Shown: piece by piece, positions 28,828 through 42,708 of the stretch
Position numbering within the stretch: the first letter of the stretch is position 1
How the letters are laid out: every line of letters begins with the position of its first letter
DNA from: Eledone cirrhosa
Lineage: Eukaryota
Direction: 5' to 3'
Assembly: GCA_964016885.1 (NCBI GenBank)
Contig: OZ024743.1
Location: 257,548,001-257,612,000, forward strand
Length of the DNA stretch: 64,000 nucleotides
Program-made: the position numbers and the translations under genes
The notes under the pieces: generated by a model
What the model saw: only the letters and a program-made list of their open reading frames with translations
The model's database searches: none
Told to the model about the DNA's origin: nothing

Positions 28828-29215
28828 TGGTTTCTACTATAGGCACAAGACCAGCAATTTTGGGAAGGAGTAAGTCGATTAAATCGACCCTCGTAAAGAC
28901 GAAAGGCAGAGCTAACCTCGGCGGGATTTGAACTCAGACCATAAAGGGCCGTAACTCTTTGCTGAAAAGCATGGCGTCCGACCCTCTACCGATACTGCCA
29001 ATCCACCAACCCTACAGCAATAATAATAATGATTGCTACTATAGGCACAACGCCAGCAATTTTGGGGAGAGGAAAGTCGATTATATCGAATTCAGTACGT
29101 TACTGGTACTTTATTTTATCGACCCTCGTAAACACGAAAGGCAAAGCTAACCTAGACGGGATTCGAACTCAGAACGTAAAGGGTCGTAACTCTAGGCTGC
29201 AAAGCATGTTTGACG
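28828..29215 (-). mobile_element. Two tandem SINE family A copies
   Basis: 28828-29005 and 29030-29215 match the reverse complement of the family consensus. Confidence 0.85.
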
Positions 29216-30478
29216 TTAATAATGATAACAACAGCAATAATAATAATAATGATTTTTTTATTGGCCACTAGGGCCGAAAAATGATAATAATGATAGTTTT
29301 TAAACAAATATTCACTTCCATTTTGATAAACATACTCTAATGCTGGCTGATATCAATCATCGCACATGAATCAAATCATATCACACGTACGCACACACAT
29401 GTTATCTACAAATGTGTATGTAATATGTGCAATTTAAATATCAGAAATTGCATAGATATTGTATGTGATTGTGTGTGTATGTATGTACATAGAAGGAATC
29501 TATCGATGTCATATTTGCAGGAATGTAGCAAAAGTCGATGTATCTGGAATACTCCGATCAACACTCAATGATACACGAAATGAATCCATTGTTACAGAGT
29601 CGTAATTAATTATTCAATTTTGAAGGGGCTGTGAACCTCATACAAAATACAACAACAACAAATATCCAGGAATAAACACACACACACGCTCTTAAACACA
29701 TGAAAAGTCAACAAAGAACAGTAACAGAACAATATATTGATGATATATATGCGAGTTTAAAATACGATATAGTAGTGAATTTCGGATGTTTCACCTTCAT
29801 CGTGAGAGAGAAGAGAGAATAAAAAAAGGACGATAGACGAGAAAGGAAAACAAACTTAAAGGAATATTAGATTGGAGGAAACCACCTGTACATTCAGTTA
29901 GCTATGTTGGTAATGATTTCTGATCTAGTAATCAGAGTTGTCGACAAAGGGGGAAGAACTCAATATTTATATTATATTTATTATGAAAGTTTATTTATTC
30001 AAGAAGTCTTTACAGAGGAGAGTACTTATCTGAAAAGATTTAGCAAAAACTCGCTTTGCTGAAACGTCTGCCGAATTACCCTCCTCACTAAGCTATGGTC
30101 ACCCGAGGCTATATTGTAAAGGAAACTTTCGTTGTGTCACTTGATGCCAGTGGAAATTACGTGGCTTCGAAATGAACTCATTAACCTCTTTAATAATAGA
30201 AGAGCTAAAGAGACTTTATTGCGTTGAAGACAAAATAAGCTTATTTTTACTTCAGTTATGTCTAAAATAGAAAATATCGCCAAGGAACAACAAACACTTG
30301 TTCCTTATTGATAACTATGCCTGATTTATTGAACAAAAAGGTAAATACTTCATAATTTTCTATAGTTTAAATTATTTCTATTTGTAGGCTACGTTTTATA
30401 AATACCATTTTCACTGTATATACATTCTACAATGCTATAAAAATGATGACACCGAGAAATAAATATAAAGTGAATTAA

Positions 30479-30699
30479 CCCTTTAACATGTACATTACTA
30501 TATATATACTATGGTATTTTTGCAGTAAAGGCTTTATTTTACATAATTATCTCACATAATATCGAATCTCTGAGATTTTGATATTATTTATTTTGAGAGC
30601 AATACCTTAACATCAGTATGAGTGGCAAGTTACAGCCGGTTTAAACGGAAAGAAGTGAGATAATTCTGGCCTGATATGGCCAGTTTAAATGCTAAAGGG
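30479..30699 (+). mobile_element. piggyBac-type MITE
   Basis: TTAA-CCCTTTAACAT..ATGCTAAAGGG-TTAA: terminal inverted repeats plus TTAA target duplication. Confidence 0.8.
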
Positions 30700-31569
30700 T
30701 TAAACATTGTTTTAATGACTAAAACGTACATTTTTATTATTACACCTGTCTGGGACATAGGTGTGGTCGAGGAACAATAGTAAGCGAGGATTTTACGATG
30801 GTTTTGAAGGCCTTATTCGTTCAAAACAAAAACTCTCTGAGAAAATATAAATTTTACCTTCAAAATCCTAATCAAACATATCAACTAACTATCTTAGAAT
30901 TTAAAAAAAAAGTTACTATTACACAGCCGTAACAGTAAAATGTTAATGATTAAAATAGCATTACATCGATGTAATTGCTTTAGTTTCAACATACTGTCTA
31001 AGATAATGTCACTTACAAACAAATAGTTAGAACATTCTCTGCTGCAATGTGCAATTTGGATGTGTTTGTCTTCTGTTTTTCTTTTTTTCTATTTTCTGGT
31101 CATTTCTAGGTAGTGAGAATAAGCTCTCACTGTTCTACAATATGTTCCCAAGTTGTGCATCTCAGCCTCTGACAGCCAAATCCACCACTGGCCTTTGTGT
31201 GTTGTGCAACCTCTATATCTGACGGAAATCTTTTCGCTGATAGGAGACATGGTTAAAGGCAGATCACTGATGCCTTAAAACCAGTTACTTTGGGCAAACT
31301 GGGCTCGTCAAACCAGGCTTTTAACTTGTCTAAGTAAAGGAAAACAATGATTTAAAACCACCGCTGTATTGCGGTTATACCCACTCATTGGAAAAGGCTT
31401 TGGAAATCAGCCCTGAGGAAACGACCGGAGTCAGAGACACTAAAGCAGTTTGAGATTGAAATCAGCACCGTCCTGGCAATTCCTGCGACGGCACTGGTAC
31501 CATGCATATCGGCACTTGAGGGGTGGCCTACTGCATGGGTGACAATTTATTCCCCGTACCTACCTACTC

Positions 31570-32570
31570 GGCCTTTGTACACTAGAGAAACTTAACCACA
31601 AACGGCACCTTGCGCACAACACCATAATCACTCGAGACTGACGGATAGTTGTTGATGGTGCATATAGTTACAAACGTAAGGGTTGAATGGGTTGTAAACG
31701 GTGCTCTTCGTAATATTAAATTCACCAACATCAAAGGAATCAAACCGCAATCTTTTTCTTGAGTCATCCTTCCAACGAAGATGAAGCATAACTAGTTCAG
31801 CTCCTGAAGAGTAGGATCGTAGTGACCTGTAGTTCACTGTGGTCAATTTGAAGGAATGTTTGGTCTAGAAAGGCCTTTCTTCGGTCGAGTTTCAGAGCAT
31901 TGTTGTCTTAATGGGTTGAGGTGTGGATCACCAAATGCTAATGTAGCATCTTATAACCATTTAAAGGACTGAAAATCAAGGACTTGAACCTTAGTACTTG
32001 TATTGAACTTCATTTTGCTTTTTCCAATGGCTAGAATATATGTAGCAATTGTGCCAATCCATTGTCGAATTAATAGTTGATCATCTGCGAAGCCACTGTT
32101 GTTACAGATGCCAATGTCTAATAATTAAACTGATGAACGCCGCATGAACTACTACTTACAATGAGACAAGCAGAAATATTATCGAGTCTTACTCCTTTAG
32201 ATCCAATCTGTTCTGCTAGACTATCCCATGATAGCCGTATCAGAGGCACCTCGTGTAGGATGTGACTCTTCACCACGCAGGTCAGAGATTAGGTGCTCAG
32301 ATTGAATGAGCATATATTGCGAGCCAATTAGTAAAAGCTACTACAGCTTTACATACTCTTAGTTTAACATATACATTTTTACACAGCCACACAATATAAA
32401 CATGGGTATACACTATTGGATGACCGTTGACCCTTATGAGTTCTTCTGCCCTTTTTCCTCCCGCATTGTGTCGAAAAACATCCCTCCTCGCCAAGAAAGC
32501 TTGGTGGGGGTGCCTGTTAGGTTGCCAACGACCCGAACATGTCGGGGACAGAATCGTACAAGACAGCAAG
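31570..32570 (-). mobile_element. Old LINE 5' part (UTR plus AP-endonuclease relic)
   Basis: GC-richer segment with remnants such as LRSYSS, LHLRWK and SVSSDY (SDH-like). Heavily decayed. Confidence 0.4.
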
Positions 32571-32585
32571 GATAATGTTATTATT

Positions 32586-32700
32586 TAATCCCGCCGAGGT
32601 TGACTTTGCCTTTCATCCTTACGGGGTCGATAAAATAAAGTACCAGTAATGCACTGGATAATTGCTGGCCTTGTGCCTAAAGTAGAAACAGTTATTATTT
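32586..32700 (+). mobile_element. 5'-truncated SINE family A
   Basis: AATCCCGCCGAGGTTGACTTTGCC..GTAGAAACA. Confidence 0.85.
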
Positions 32701-33220
32701 ATTCCCTAATACTTTCATCCGATTCTATTTTTATTTTTATTATGAACAACTACGTAAAACAGTTAAAATAAGAAGCGTACATCGTTCTGATTGACGCACG
32801 AATATAGCAAAGCAGCCCAATACAACCAGCTGACACGTCGTTGGAGCGGGTAGGGTTGGGATCATTGGATGGTACTTCCACTCCACCACCTAAAGGTGCA
32901 ACCTCAGATTTACAAACTAGACTTTTCTAAAAACTACATTAAATAGATTTTTTGCGAAGAGCTGCCCGCCCACAATGTTCTAGTACCTCCATCCCCACGC
33001 CAACCAGAGTCAAAGCCTGGTGATCGCCCTGCAAACATCAAAGCTGTGTATATAGTGTTGAATACCTAACATTAAATATCCACTGATGATTGTTGACATC
33101 AAAGCAACATCCCGATAAGTGTCAGCAATAGTGACTGTATTAAATTACTTGATTTTGATAGAAACTATCGTTTAGGGAATGTTGATACACAAACACGTAC
33201 ATTTAAATGTGTGTGTGCGT

Positions 33221-33275
<55 letters not shown>

Positions 33276-33277
<2 letters not shown>

Positions 33278-33369
33278 TGTCCCCCAAAAATGTTTACAGA
33301 CTTTGATTACCAGTACAGGCAATATTTATTAAAATGCTGTTGAAGTATGTATACATTTTGGGGGACACT
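33276..33369. mobile_element. Small Tc1/mariner-type MITE
   Basis: TIRs AGTGTCCCCCAAAAATGT / ACATTTTGGGGGACACT, in TA context. Confidence 0.65.
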
Positions 33370-34764
33370 ATATATACGGAAAAGCTCTACCTAGGGCTTA
33401 AAGACCCCACCTTAACACATACCTAAGATAGGCTTCTGAACATGTTTTCACGACCAAATTTCGTTCACATTAGTCAAACCTAGAGTATATTAGAATGCCC
33501 TTGCTCAATCTACTACGCAGTGAGACTGAATCAGTCACATGGTGGTGAACCAAACTTTTTAACCTCACAGACATATCTGCGTCTTGGATATTCTAATAAT
33601 ATGTGTCCCCTCTCCTATTAAAGTTGGATAATACAGTCATAGATATACCAAATAGTTGGGACGATCATGGCTAGAATGACTTTTAACATATGCTTGGTCT
33701 GCTAGAGCTTGATCTGGTGCTAAACAACAAAAACGAAACGAAATGCCGATCATCAGATTGGACCAAGAAAACAATGTTTCCATTGCTGATACTTTCTGGC
33801 CGAAGGAAGTAGAATTTGAAACGAAAATGGATGGGGGTGGGTGGAGGGAGGAAGGTAGGAAAACGCACAAAAGACATTTAAGTTATAAATAGTTATAAAC
33901 TTCTATTAAAAATACGTTTACATCGAATCCTAAGATACAATAGGTGGTATTTATAATTATTCATTGTTTTTAGTGGTAAAAAAAAAGACGAGTTCATATA
34001 GTTATAAATGACTATTTGAGTTCGGATCATAACCGAAACTTAAAGTGTGTGTGTATCAGAAGTATTTAGAATTTGATATAAGAACTAACTGCAACAGTGT
34101 TGAACGTCTAGTGCCATCTCATATTCTTAGTTTTCAAGCCTATTTATATAGTAGTGAGACATTACATATGACTGGTTATGGACAACAGAAATCACCTGTC
34201 ACATTCTCTGAACAGAAAAACACATCTGCTTTTTACTCTAGGAGACAAACATCAATGGTTTACTTCATCACGGTCTAATGGCTGACATTCAATGTCTTGC
34301 AAAGCAAGTATTCCTTGTTTCAAACTCTTAGATTAGTATGACATTATTGGATCAGAAAAAAAGCTCAACAATTCCGACAATCCATTGCTCTTGGACTGGT
34401 CTTTTGTACCGATCTTCAAAAGGATGTAAAGCAAAGATGATTGTGCCAGAATTTGAACTCGGAATGCAGCAAGCTGGAAAAATGTCGAAGCATATAAACC
34501 CACCACCCTAACGACTCTGCCAAATACAACAGATGATTGAATATAATAGTTGAAAACATTTGTTGTTGTTACTATTGTTTTTGTAGTAACCGAAGGAAGT
34601 TTGCCATAAATATTTGACTAATGTAAAAATATGGTTAAAATAAATGAGGAACTGTCCTGACATGATAAATGTTTCCACATTAAGCGACAAAATCACAGCA
34701 AAGCGAGAGATTATTTACAACATTCACAGACTAAACAATTTTCAATTTATTCAATTTAATCGTG

Positions 34765-34826
<62 letters not shown>

Positions 34827-35214
34827 GTATATTATATTATGTTGTTTGTTGTTGTCGTTTTGGTTTAATTTCTTTTACGATATGAAAAATTTCATTTCTA
34901 TTCAGTTTATTATGATGTTAAATATTTCACAATAATAGATCTATAGCTTCGAGATGTTTAGGATGTCAAAAGTAATATAATCTTCGTATCTTACTTCATC
35001 AGTTATATATATGTATATATTTATAGTCACCACTTTGAATAAGTAATAATGTTTTGGATTGTTTGTTTTATTTTAGTGGAGTTTTGCTTATTTGGCAAGT
35101 GACTACATCTGAGACCGTGTGGTGAAAACTAAAGCAATTACATTGTGGAAAAGTCATTTGAGCATTTTGAAAAAGAAACATAAAAGCTGATAAATTCACA
35201 TTACATTTATTTTT

Positions 35215-35286
<72 letters not shown>

Positions 35287-36093
35287 ATGAAGTAGAAATC
35301 AATATGTTAGAATTTATCTGTTATTTATTACACAATTGCTATTATACGTATTTCGATGACAACCGTTATGTAACTGTTACCTCATCAGACATATATTACG
35401 TGAACAGAAAGTTACGTTAATAAAAATTACCTGAATAAAATGTCATGAACAAAATACTCATGCAGTACACAGATATACATACATACTTCAAGTGCTCTAT
35501 CGTGTATATAGTAGTGTCGTTGAACTAAATAACACAAAATATACCAAACTGTGTGTATCATTATCTATAATATATATATATATGAGAGAGAGAGAGACTG
35601 GCAATTGGAAGACTGGAGTATTTCCCATATAATAAAACGGATAATTCTTGAAAAGCTCCAGAACATATACCAACGATTCAATGAGGTGCGGTCTTTGTCC
35701 CACTGAAAAATCCAGCATTCTCCAAGGCTAGAAATTATATAATGACTACTTAAACTCCAAAAATGAGATATTTAAGGCCAGTCTACATCTTAAAAAGTAC
35801 TTGCTCTCCTTGTGGAAACATCAGCTCACCGCTGACATACAATATTCACAGTAACCTCCTTCCTTAAAACATGAACTTACATGCCACTTACTTTCTTGAA
35901 AGTTTACTTTCCCAGAATTGATAAAACATTTTCGTTCTCATTTTCTCATTCTAAGTCTTATCAAACATTTTAAACAGATGACTGGAGGAATGATTGAATT
36001 ATTATCGATTGGGAGAATGCAATCCAACCCCAGGCCCGAGACATAAGGTAGTGTTATGTTCTGAATGTACAAACCATAATATATATATTAACA

Positions 36094-36181
36094 GTTTGAC
36101 TTAACTCCGGGCTACCAGCGGTTTCAAGATGAAAATGTGTTTTCATCTTGAAAGTGCTAGCAATTCAGAGTTAAGTCAAAC
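36094..36181. repeat. Hairpin element, MITE-like
   Basis: GTTTGACTTAACTC/GAGTTAAGTCAAAC outer stem; TTTCAAGATGAAAA/TTTTCATCTTGAAA inner stem. Confidence 0.7.
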
Positions 36182-36973
36182 AATCAATATACATACTAGA
36201 CTTCCATATATATATATATGTTATACTTGTCTGGTCTGGCATGTGACTTAATCTAGGACTATGTGGTGAAGCTGTAGCAATTACATTGTAGAAGAGTCAT
36301 TTTAATCATTTAAAAATATCAAACAAAATCAGTTAACTCCACTTTACATTGATCCTTTATTTTCCTCGTGTGAAAATATTTTCATAGCACTTTTTGTGGC
36401 CTGGTCACTGACAAAGTTAGCCTTTGCCAAACACATTTAATGCAGTATGTTATACAAATTGTCTGTTTCTGAAACAGTGGTTTTTAAAAATATTTTCGTA
36501 GCTATCTGAACAATTTGTTGATCATCATCATTTTTATATCTGTTTTCCTTGCACAGCTTGATATAGCAATTCGCTACTTATTTCATTCCATTGCCATCTC
36601 CATTGTGAAGTTCATTCTTTTGGGATAAGCTTTCTGTTGGTAATGTTTTACATACGATTTTTTAGAAATACACTTAGCATTGTAATCTTTCACCCTTCTC
36701 ATAAAAGATTCTACCTATTAATTTCAAATAACTGAAAATAATCAGTAGAGAATTTATAGAGATTTAGAAATATAACTTTTTCATTATTATTATTCAGGTG
36801 TTTGGAATGTAACATACAAAGGTTCTGACATAAAATGATCAGAGGATATTTTTTAGATAAATATAAAAACTTTAAAACAAAACAGTTTTATATAGTAGAA
36901 AAGGAGCAGTATAAGGTGGGTAGGTTTCAAAAGGGATAAAAGATACACAATTTCAATGAAACAGTTTAGTCCT

Positions 36974-37200
36974 GTGAAGGTACATAGCTTAGTGGTTAGA
37001 GTGTTGGGCTTGCAATTAAAAGGTTGTGATTTATATTCACGGACCGCATGATGAGTTGTGTCCTTGAGCAAGGCACGTTATTTCACATTGCTTCAGTTTA
37101 TTGAGCTGTAGAAATGAGTAGCGACATCACTGGTGCCAAGCTGTATTGGCCATTGGACAACATCGATAGCATGGAGCGGAGAGTCTGGTTTGCATATCTG
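36974..37200 (+). mobile_element. SINE family B
   Basis: Homologous to 55428-55580. Confidence 0.78.
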
Positions 37201-37685
37201 GAAAAATGAAAGTGCCCATCACCATCCGGGGTACATAAGTAACCAATGTCTTAAATACAACGCTGCTCGTAGTTTTCTAACGCTCTTGCAGTAGCTTTAC
37301 GTTCAGTATTTTTCGATCATCTAATTGCAGTCTCCATTGACGATTCATTTGCTTTTCTTCTTTTTCCTCACTCAGCTTTCGCCGTTTTTCGTCAAATGGC
37401 GGATCTCTTCTTTTGAGACATTATCTAAGGAAAGAGGACGTAATACAAAAAGATGAGTAAAATGTTAACCTACAATTATTTAAATTTCGCACATGTGACG
37501 TGATTGTCACAGTGATCCAAAGACAGCCTTCGTCAAACTAAGGGCTATATTAGACAAAAACTTAAAAATTTCATGATTTCACAACACTTCTGGGAACATA
37601 ACGCGTGTTTGTTCCAAATTTGAAGAAAATCGGTTGCAAACTGTAGTTATGTGGGTACGGACATACACACACACACACATCCTCA

Positions 37686-37720
<35 letters not shown>

Positions 37721-37793
37721 AAAAAGAGATGAAATCGAAAATGCAACTGAAGTCTTATTTTTTTTTTTTTTAAATATATATATTTATTTGGTT

Positions 37794-37831
37794 CCTTTAC
37801 CGGTTTCGCAGTTCTTCTGCTTTTCAAAAGG
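37794..37831 (-). ncRNA. Mirror copy of the U3-A8 hammerhead in the left arm of the palindrome
   Basis: Exact reverse complement of 37920-37957. Confidence 0.66.
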
Positions 37832-37919
37832 TGAGTTGAGATGGAGGGTCTGTGGTTTTTCTCACATCTGTGGTTTTTCTCAGATGTGAGAAAAACCACA
37901 GACCCTCCATCTCAACTCA

Positions 37920-37957
37920 CCTTTTGAAAAGCAGAAGAACTGCGAAACCGGTAAAGG
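37920..37957 (+). ncRNA. Minimal type I hammerhead, U3-A8 core variant
   Basis: CCTT-TTGAAAA-GCAG-aagaa-CTGC-GAAA-CCGG-TA-AAGG. Stems I and II are perfect, the stem III CCGG is palindromic, and C3-G8 is replaced by U3-A8. Confidence 0.68.
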
Positions 37958-38109
37958 AACCAAATAAATATATATATTTAAAAAAAAAAAAATAAATAAA
38001 ATAAGACTTTAGTTGCATTTTCGATTTCATCTCTTTTTCTTTATACTTCCACTCGTGTAGGACACCTCGGTTATTTTTCATTTTGTAAAAAAAAAAAAAA
38101 AAACCTCAC

Positions 38110-38140
<31 letters not shown>

Positions 38141-38278
38141 AATATCGAAACCCCCAGTAGACAACTGATGAGGACGCCACCCCCCTCCTCCCGTTCTTGC
38201 TTTCTTCTTAATTTTTAGCCTACCTTAACTAGCAACTACACTGTCATCCTATTCTCTCCCTCTCTCTCTCTCTCTCTC

Positions 38279-38321
<43 letters not shown>

Positions 38322-38324
38322 GAG

Positions 38325-38360
<36 letters not shown>

Positions 38361-38639
38361 ACATTGTAACTTCCCCGGGTACACAACACACAGATAGACA
38401 GACACACACACACACAGTCACAGTATGTCTTGTGTGAAAGAGAGAAAGAGACGTAAGGTTGAGGAAGGGGGAGAGTTAAACAGTGTGTAAAGAATAAATA
38501 AATAAAAGTTAAAATTAATCGAACTCTGTTATCATTTTCTCCCCGCCCCAATCTCCTTTTCTCAACCCCTCTCTCAGAATGGAGAACAATCAAGAACGCG
38601 CATTGTCGTCTGCTTTACTTGAAATTTCTTTATGTATAC

Positions 38640-39250
38640 TAGCAGAAAAACCGCTTCTTTTTCACCCACTTATTTCTGAGAGGATCGTGGAGGCAGAGTC
38701 CTTCTCAAACACTCCTTCCAGCGAGCCTGTCAGTAGCAAACATCTCTATCTGATCCAGCTGCATCCCATAGCGTGACAAGCCATGGATGTTATCCAACTA
38801 TCTTGGATTTGCCTGTAAAATGTGTCCAGCGATTCTTTACTGAGACATTCTAATCACATGCTCATAATATCGGAGTTGTGATCTCTCAATTCGGAGAAGT
38901 AGCGGCTTGACCAGGTGTGACTCTCTGAGCTGTGCACTTTGAGTAACGTTACTCCAAAGACACTTCGGAGGAATCCCATTTCTGCCACTTTTATTTGCAA
39001 TTGTTTTCTTTTGGTCATTACTCAAGATTCATGATCCTCGGTAAGAGTTGGCAGGAATACCAGGAAGACAGTGAGTTTGGCTTTTACACTTCTTCTGATT
39101 GCTGAGGCTGGCGCATTACTGCATCAGCTTTTGCAATTCTTGCACTTAATTCAGCCTCCTGCATTCCATCACTCATGAACACGGCTCCAAGATACTTGAA
39201 CTTCTCTAACTGCTTTAGTAGAACTCCATTCACATGTATATAAATTTGAG
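38640..39250 (-). mobile_element. Decayed RTE LINE resembling Rex3/Expander
   Basis: EKFKYLGAVFMSDG..ELSARIAKADAVMR and PLLLRIERSQLRYYEHVIRM, motifs typical of Expander/Rex3-type RTEs. Confidence 0.72.
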
Positions 39251-40320
39251 GGACTTCTGTCCACCCGTCCATCACATAATGTGTATGTGTGTTTGTGTGA
39301 ATATATGTGTATGTAAAAGGAAGGAAAGGGATACACACATGTCTCTAATTTAAAAACAGTGACACACACATACGTCTCTAATTTAAGAACGCTGATAAAC
39401 TCACGCGCACGCACATACACACACTGTTCTATTACGACTTAAGAGCTTTGGCCCAGGAAAACATCCCCTCAATTTTGGAACCGTCTGGGTTGTCCTGAAT
39501 TGATGGGAAAAGACTTGACGGTCTTACTCTGTGCTCATGGTCAAGAGGCAGGTGCCTTACCTGGGACGTCACAGTGAGTGACTCTTTTGCTTCTTCCCAC
39601 ATCCTGGATACAGCGGTAAGGGGGAGAGCTACAGCATCCGCAGCTGAACGGAAAAAATCCTAAAATACCATGTTCTGTCAGCTAACTACATTATCCAACC
39701 TATATGGTCTAAGATTTGTGTATTACGTGCCTGTATATTATTTTCTCTTTTTTTCTTTTCCCTTTACGTTGTATATTTGTTAGGTTTTCGTTCTCGTAAC
39801 CATTAGATTAAATGAGTTTTTAAAAAAAAAGAGATAATAAATAAATAAAACGTTATACTTGTTTTACCCTCCCATTTCCAATTCACCGAACGTTGCTGTC
39901 TTGACTTTGTGTAAATGTATGTGTGTGAATGAATGAATGTATGTATGTGTTTGTGTGAAAGTATGTGTATTTGTGTGAATGTATGTCCGTGAGCGTGTGT
40001 TTTTATAAGTGTGTGGTTGCGCGATTATAGTTATATACTCATACATACAGATGTATGTATGTGCACATACACGTAGATACGCGCCAGCGTGTAAAAAATT
40101 ATAATCGCTCTGTATATCTGTATATCTGTCATCACACACTCTCTCTTTTTATATATATGGTAGTTGAAGAGGTGGTGGTGGCGGCGACATACCGGAAGTG
40201 TAGAAATTTGAAACTTTGAAAATAAGTCAATTTTAAATAAGCAATAAAATGATTTATATTAATATTTATATCAAATTTAATTTAGTACATAAATTATGTA
40301 ATATTCATTCATTATTTATT

Positions 40321-40510
40321 CGGATTGGCAGTATCGGTAGAGGGTCGGACGCCATGCTTTCCAGCATAGTTACGTCCCTTTACGATCTGAGTTCAAATCC
40401 CGCCGAGGTTAACTTTGCCTTTCATCCTTACGGGGTCGATAAAATAAAGTACCAGTAATGCACTGGATAATTGCTGGCCTTGTGCCTAAAGTAGAAACAA
40501 TTATTTATTC
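40321..40510 (+). mobile_element. tRNA-derived SINE family A, near full length
   Basis: A-box TGGCAGTATCGG, B-box GAGTTCAAATCC, core GCCTTTCATCCTTACGGGGTCGATAAAAT, (ATT)n tail, TTATTTATTC on both sides; extra 3' end duplicate to 40561. Confidence 0.9.
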
Positions 40511-40789
40511 AAACTGGGTAAATGCTGGCCTTGTGCCTAACGTAGAAACAATTATTTATTCAAAGTAATCCAACTTATTTTACTAACTGGATTAAAAGAA
40601 ATAAATCGTACGCAGTCCCGCACACCTTACTTTATTATAGTTTAGATTTCTAATAAGTCGTTACCTCGTTTTGGAGGACTGAGTTGTGGGAGGAGGAAGG
40701 GAATTAGTGAGAGGGAGGGTTTAACATACAGTAGTAGTATCGCCTCTTCCCCCTCACTGAAATGTCTTCTTTCCTCCTCCATTGTAAAG

Positions 40790-41450
40790 ATGTCCCCCAA
40801 GGGTTCCATTATGGATTTTTATTGAAATCCAATTAGCCAAATCCGATTTCTAAATATTAGTTTAACATGTGTGTAAACTTTCATCCTGATCGGATCACTG
40901 GTGTAGGCGTCAACTGGTTATACACATATACACAGACAGACATAAATTGCCATTTATATAGTAGACTAGCAGAAAACCACCCGGTGGGCGGTTTTATGCT
41001 AGCAAATCTAGTGTATATACTGATATTGTTGAGATTTGGATGAGAAATGTTTTCGGCACCACATGTTCACCGTCTCTCAGTGTGTCTTTTATGCATGTAT
41101 AAATATATATGTTATCTATACGGTGAAATCTTTGAAATAAATATATGTTAAAACGAAAAAGGAGAAAAAGAGATTAGTGACGGAAATATAAACGTTATGA
41201 TATAACGATGGAAATATATAAACGTTTACGATAAAACGATGGAAATAGAAACGTTTATATATAATGATAAGCCAAAACACTCGTAAGTCGAAACACTCGT
41301 AAAGCGAAACGTATAAATAAAGATTAATGTAATGAATTTTAAAAGCATAGGGATTTGAAACCGCGTCTATTTGTTTCCTTGGCATTTTTTACAGACGGAC
41401 AGACAGACAAACAAACAGAGAAATGCCCATTATATACTATAAGTAGACTT
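40790..41450. mobile_element. Possible non-autonomous Helitron/Helentron-like elements
   Basis: CAGACAGAC microsatellite followed by TTATATAGTAGACTAGC junction (40930-40970), recurring near 41390-41450. Family-level resemblance only. Confidence 0.4.
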
Positions 41451-41674
41451 GGCATGGTGTCAAGTCAGAACCGCCTCGAACTGGTTACTTCTGGCTTGTG
41501 CAAGGTGTCTCTATAGCAACCAGCGATTCCCTCGGCCTCAGTGACCAAAGTCAGTGGAGAGGGGAAGGTAATGTTTCTATAGCGACAGTGTTTCCCTTGG
41601 TCGTACCAAAGTGGAGAAAGGAAGGGGAAGGTAATATTTCTGTAGCACCTACATTTGAGTTTTAGGGAAGGACA

Positions 41675-41706
41675 GACACACAGAGAAATGCCCATATATT
41701 TCTGTA

Positions 41707-41757
<51 letters not shown>

Positions 41758-41783
41758 CACACACAGAAATGTATATATATTTC

Positions 41784-41834
<51 letters not shown>

Positions 41835-42037
41835 CACACACAGAAATGTATATATATTTCTGTGTGTGTATATATATATATTACACACACAGAAATGTAT
41901 ATATATTTCTGTGTGTATATATATATATTTCTGTGTGTGTATATATATATATATATTACACACACAGAAATATATATATATTTCTGTGTGTGTGTATATA
42001 TATATATATTACACACACAGAAATGTATATATATTTC
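41675..42037. repeat. Palindromic-unit minisatellite
   Basis: Repeated ACACACAGAAAT-gtatatat-ATTTCTGTGTGT units separated by (TA)n. Confidence 0.88.
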
Positions 42038-42157
42038 TTAGAACAACATTATTATTAATGTTTTGCTGTTCATAAAAATTGGAATTGAAAAATTACTTTT
42101 GAAATTATTAGTTATTTTACTAATGCTTAGATATGTAAAAATGAAGCAATGTTTCTA

Positions 42158-42351
42158 ATAATTGTTTCTACATTTGGCACAAGGCCAGCAATTACCCAGT
42201 ACATTACTGGTACTTTATTTTATCGACCCCGTGAGGATGAAAGGCAAAGTTAACCTGGGCGGTATTTGAACTCAGACCTTAAAGGGACGTAACTCCATGC
42301 TATGAAGCATGGTGTCCGACTCTCTACAGATTCTGCCAATCCACCGCCCTA
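42158..42351 (-). mobile_element. SINE family A, full length
   Basis: Reverse complement starts GGGCGGTGGATTGGCAG. Confidence 0.88.
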
Positions 42352-42626
42352 ATGTCTGTACGTAATGAGGGAGTGAGAGGGGAGAGAAAGAAAGGCAGAG
42401 GTGAAGTGACGAAGTGACCCTCTCCTCTTCCTCCATCTCCCCATTCGTCACAGCGATAGAGGGGAGGAATGTTAGTGTGTTACAAAGAGTGAGAGTGAGA
42501 GAAACAGACAGACTAAAAGAGAGGGATAGCTGGAGAGAGAGATAACAACCACGCGCGCACGTGTTTCCACTGTCGGACAGACAGAGAAATTGCTGGTTAT
42601 ATATTATAAGGCGATATATATGTATG

Positions 42627-42663
<37 letters not shown>

Positions 42664-42668
42664 CATTG

Positions 42669-42705
<37 letters not shown>

Positions 42706-42708
<3 letters not shown>

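Larger units (their letters stand above)
37714..38045. repeat. Fold-back inverted repeat, arms ~157-165 bp, 10-nt spacer
   Basis: 37714-37870 vs 37881-38045. The spacer belongs to a short tandem duplication of TCTGTGGTTTTTCTCA. Confidence 0.92.

Noticed and set aside
30025-30075. CTGAAAA..GAAACGTC motif
   Set aside because: Uncompensated G8A change and no stem I.
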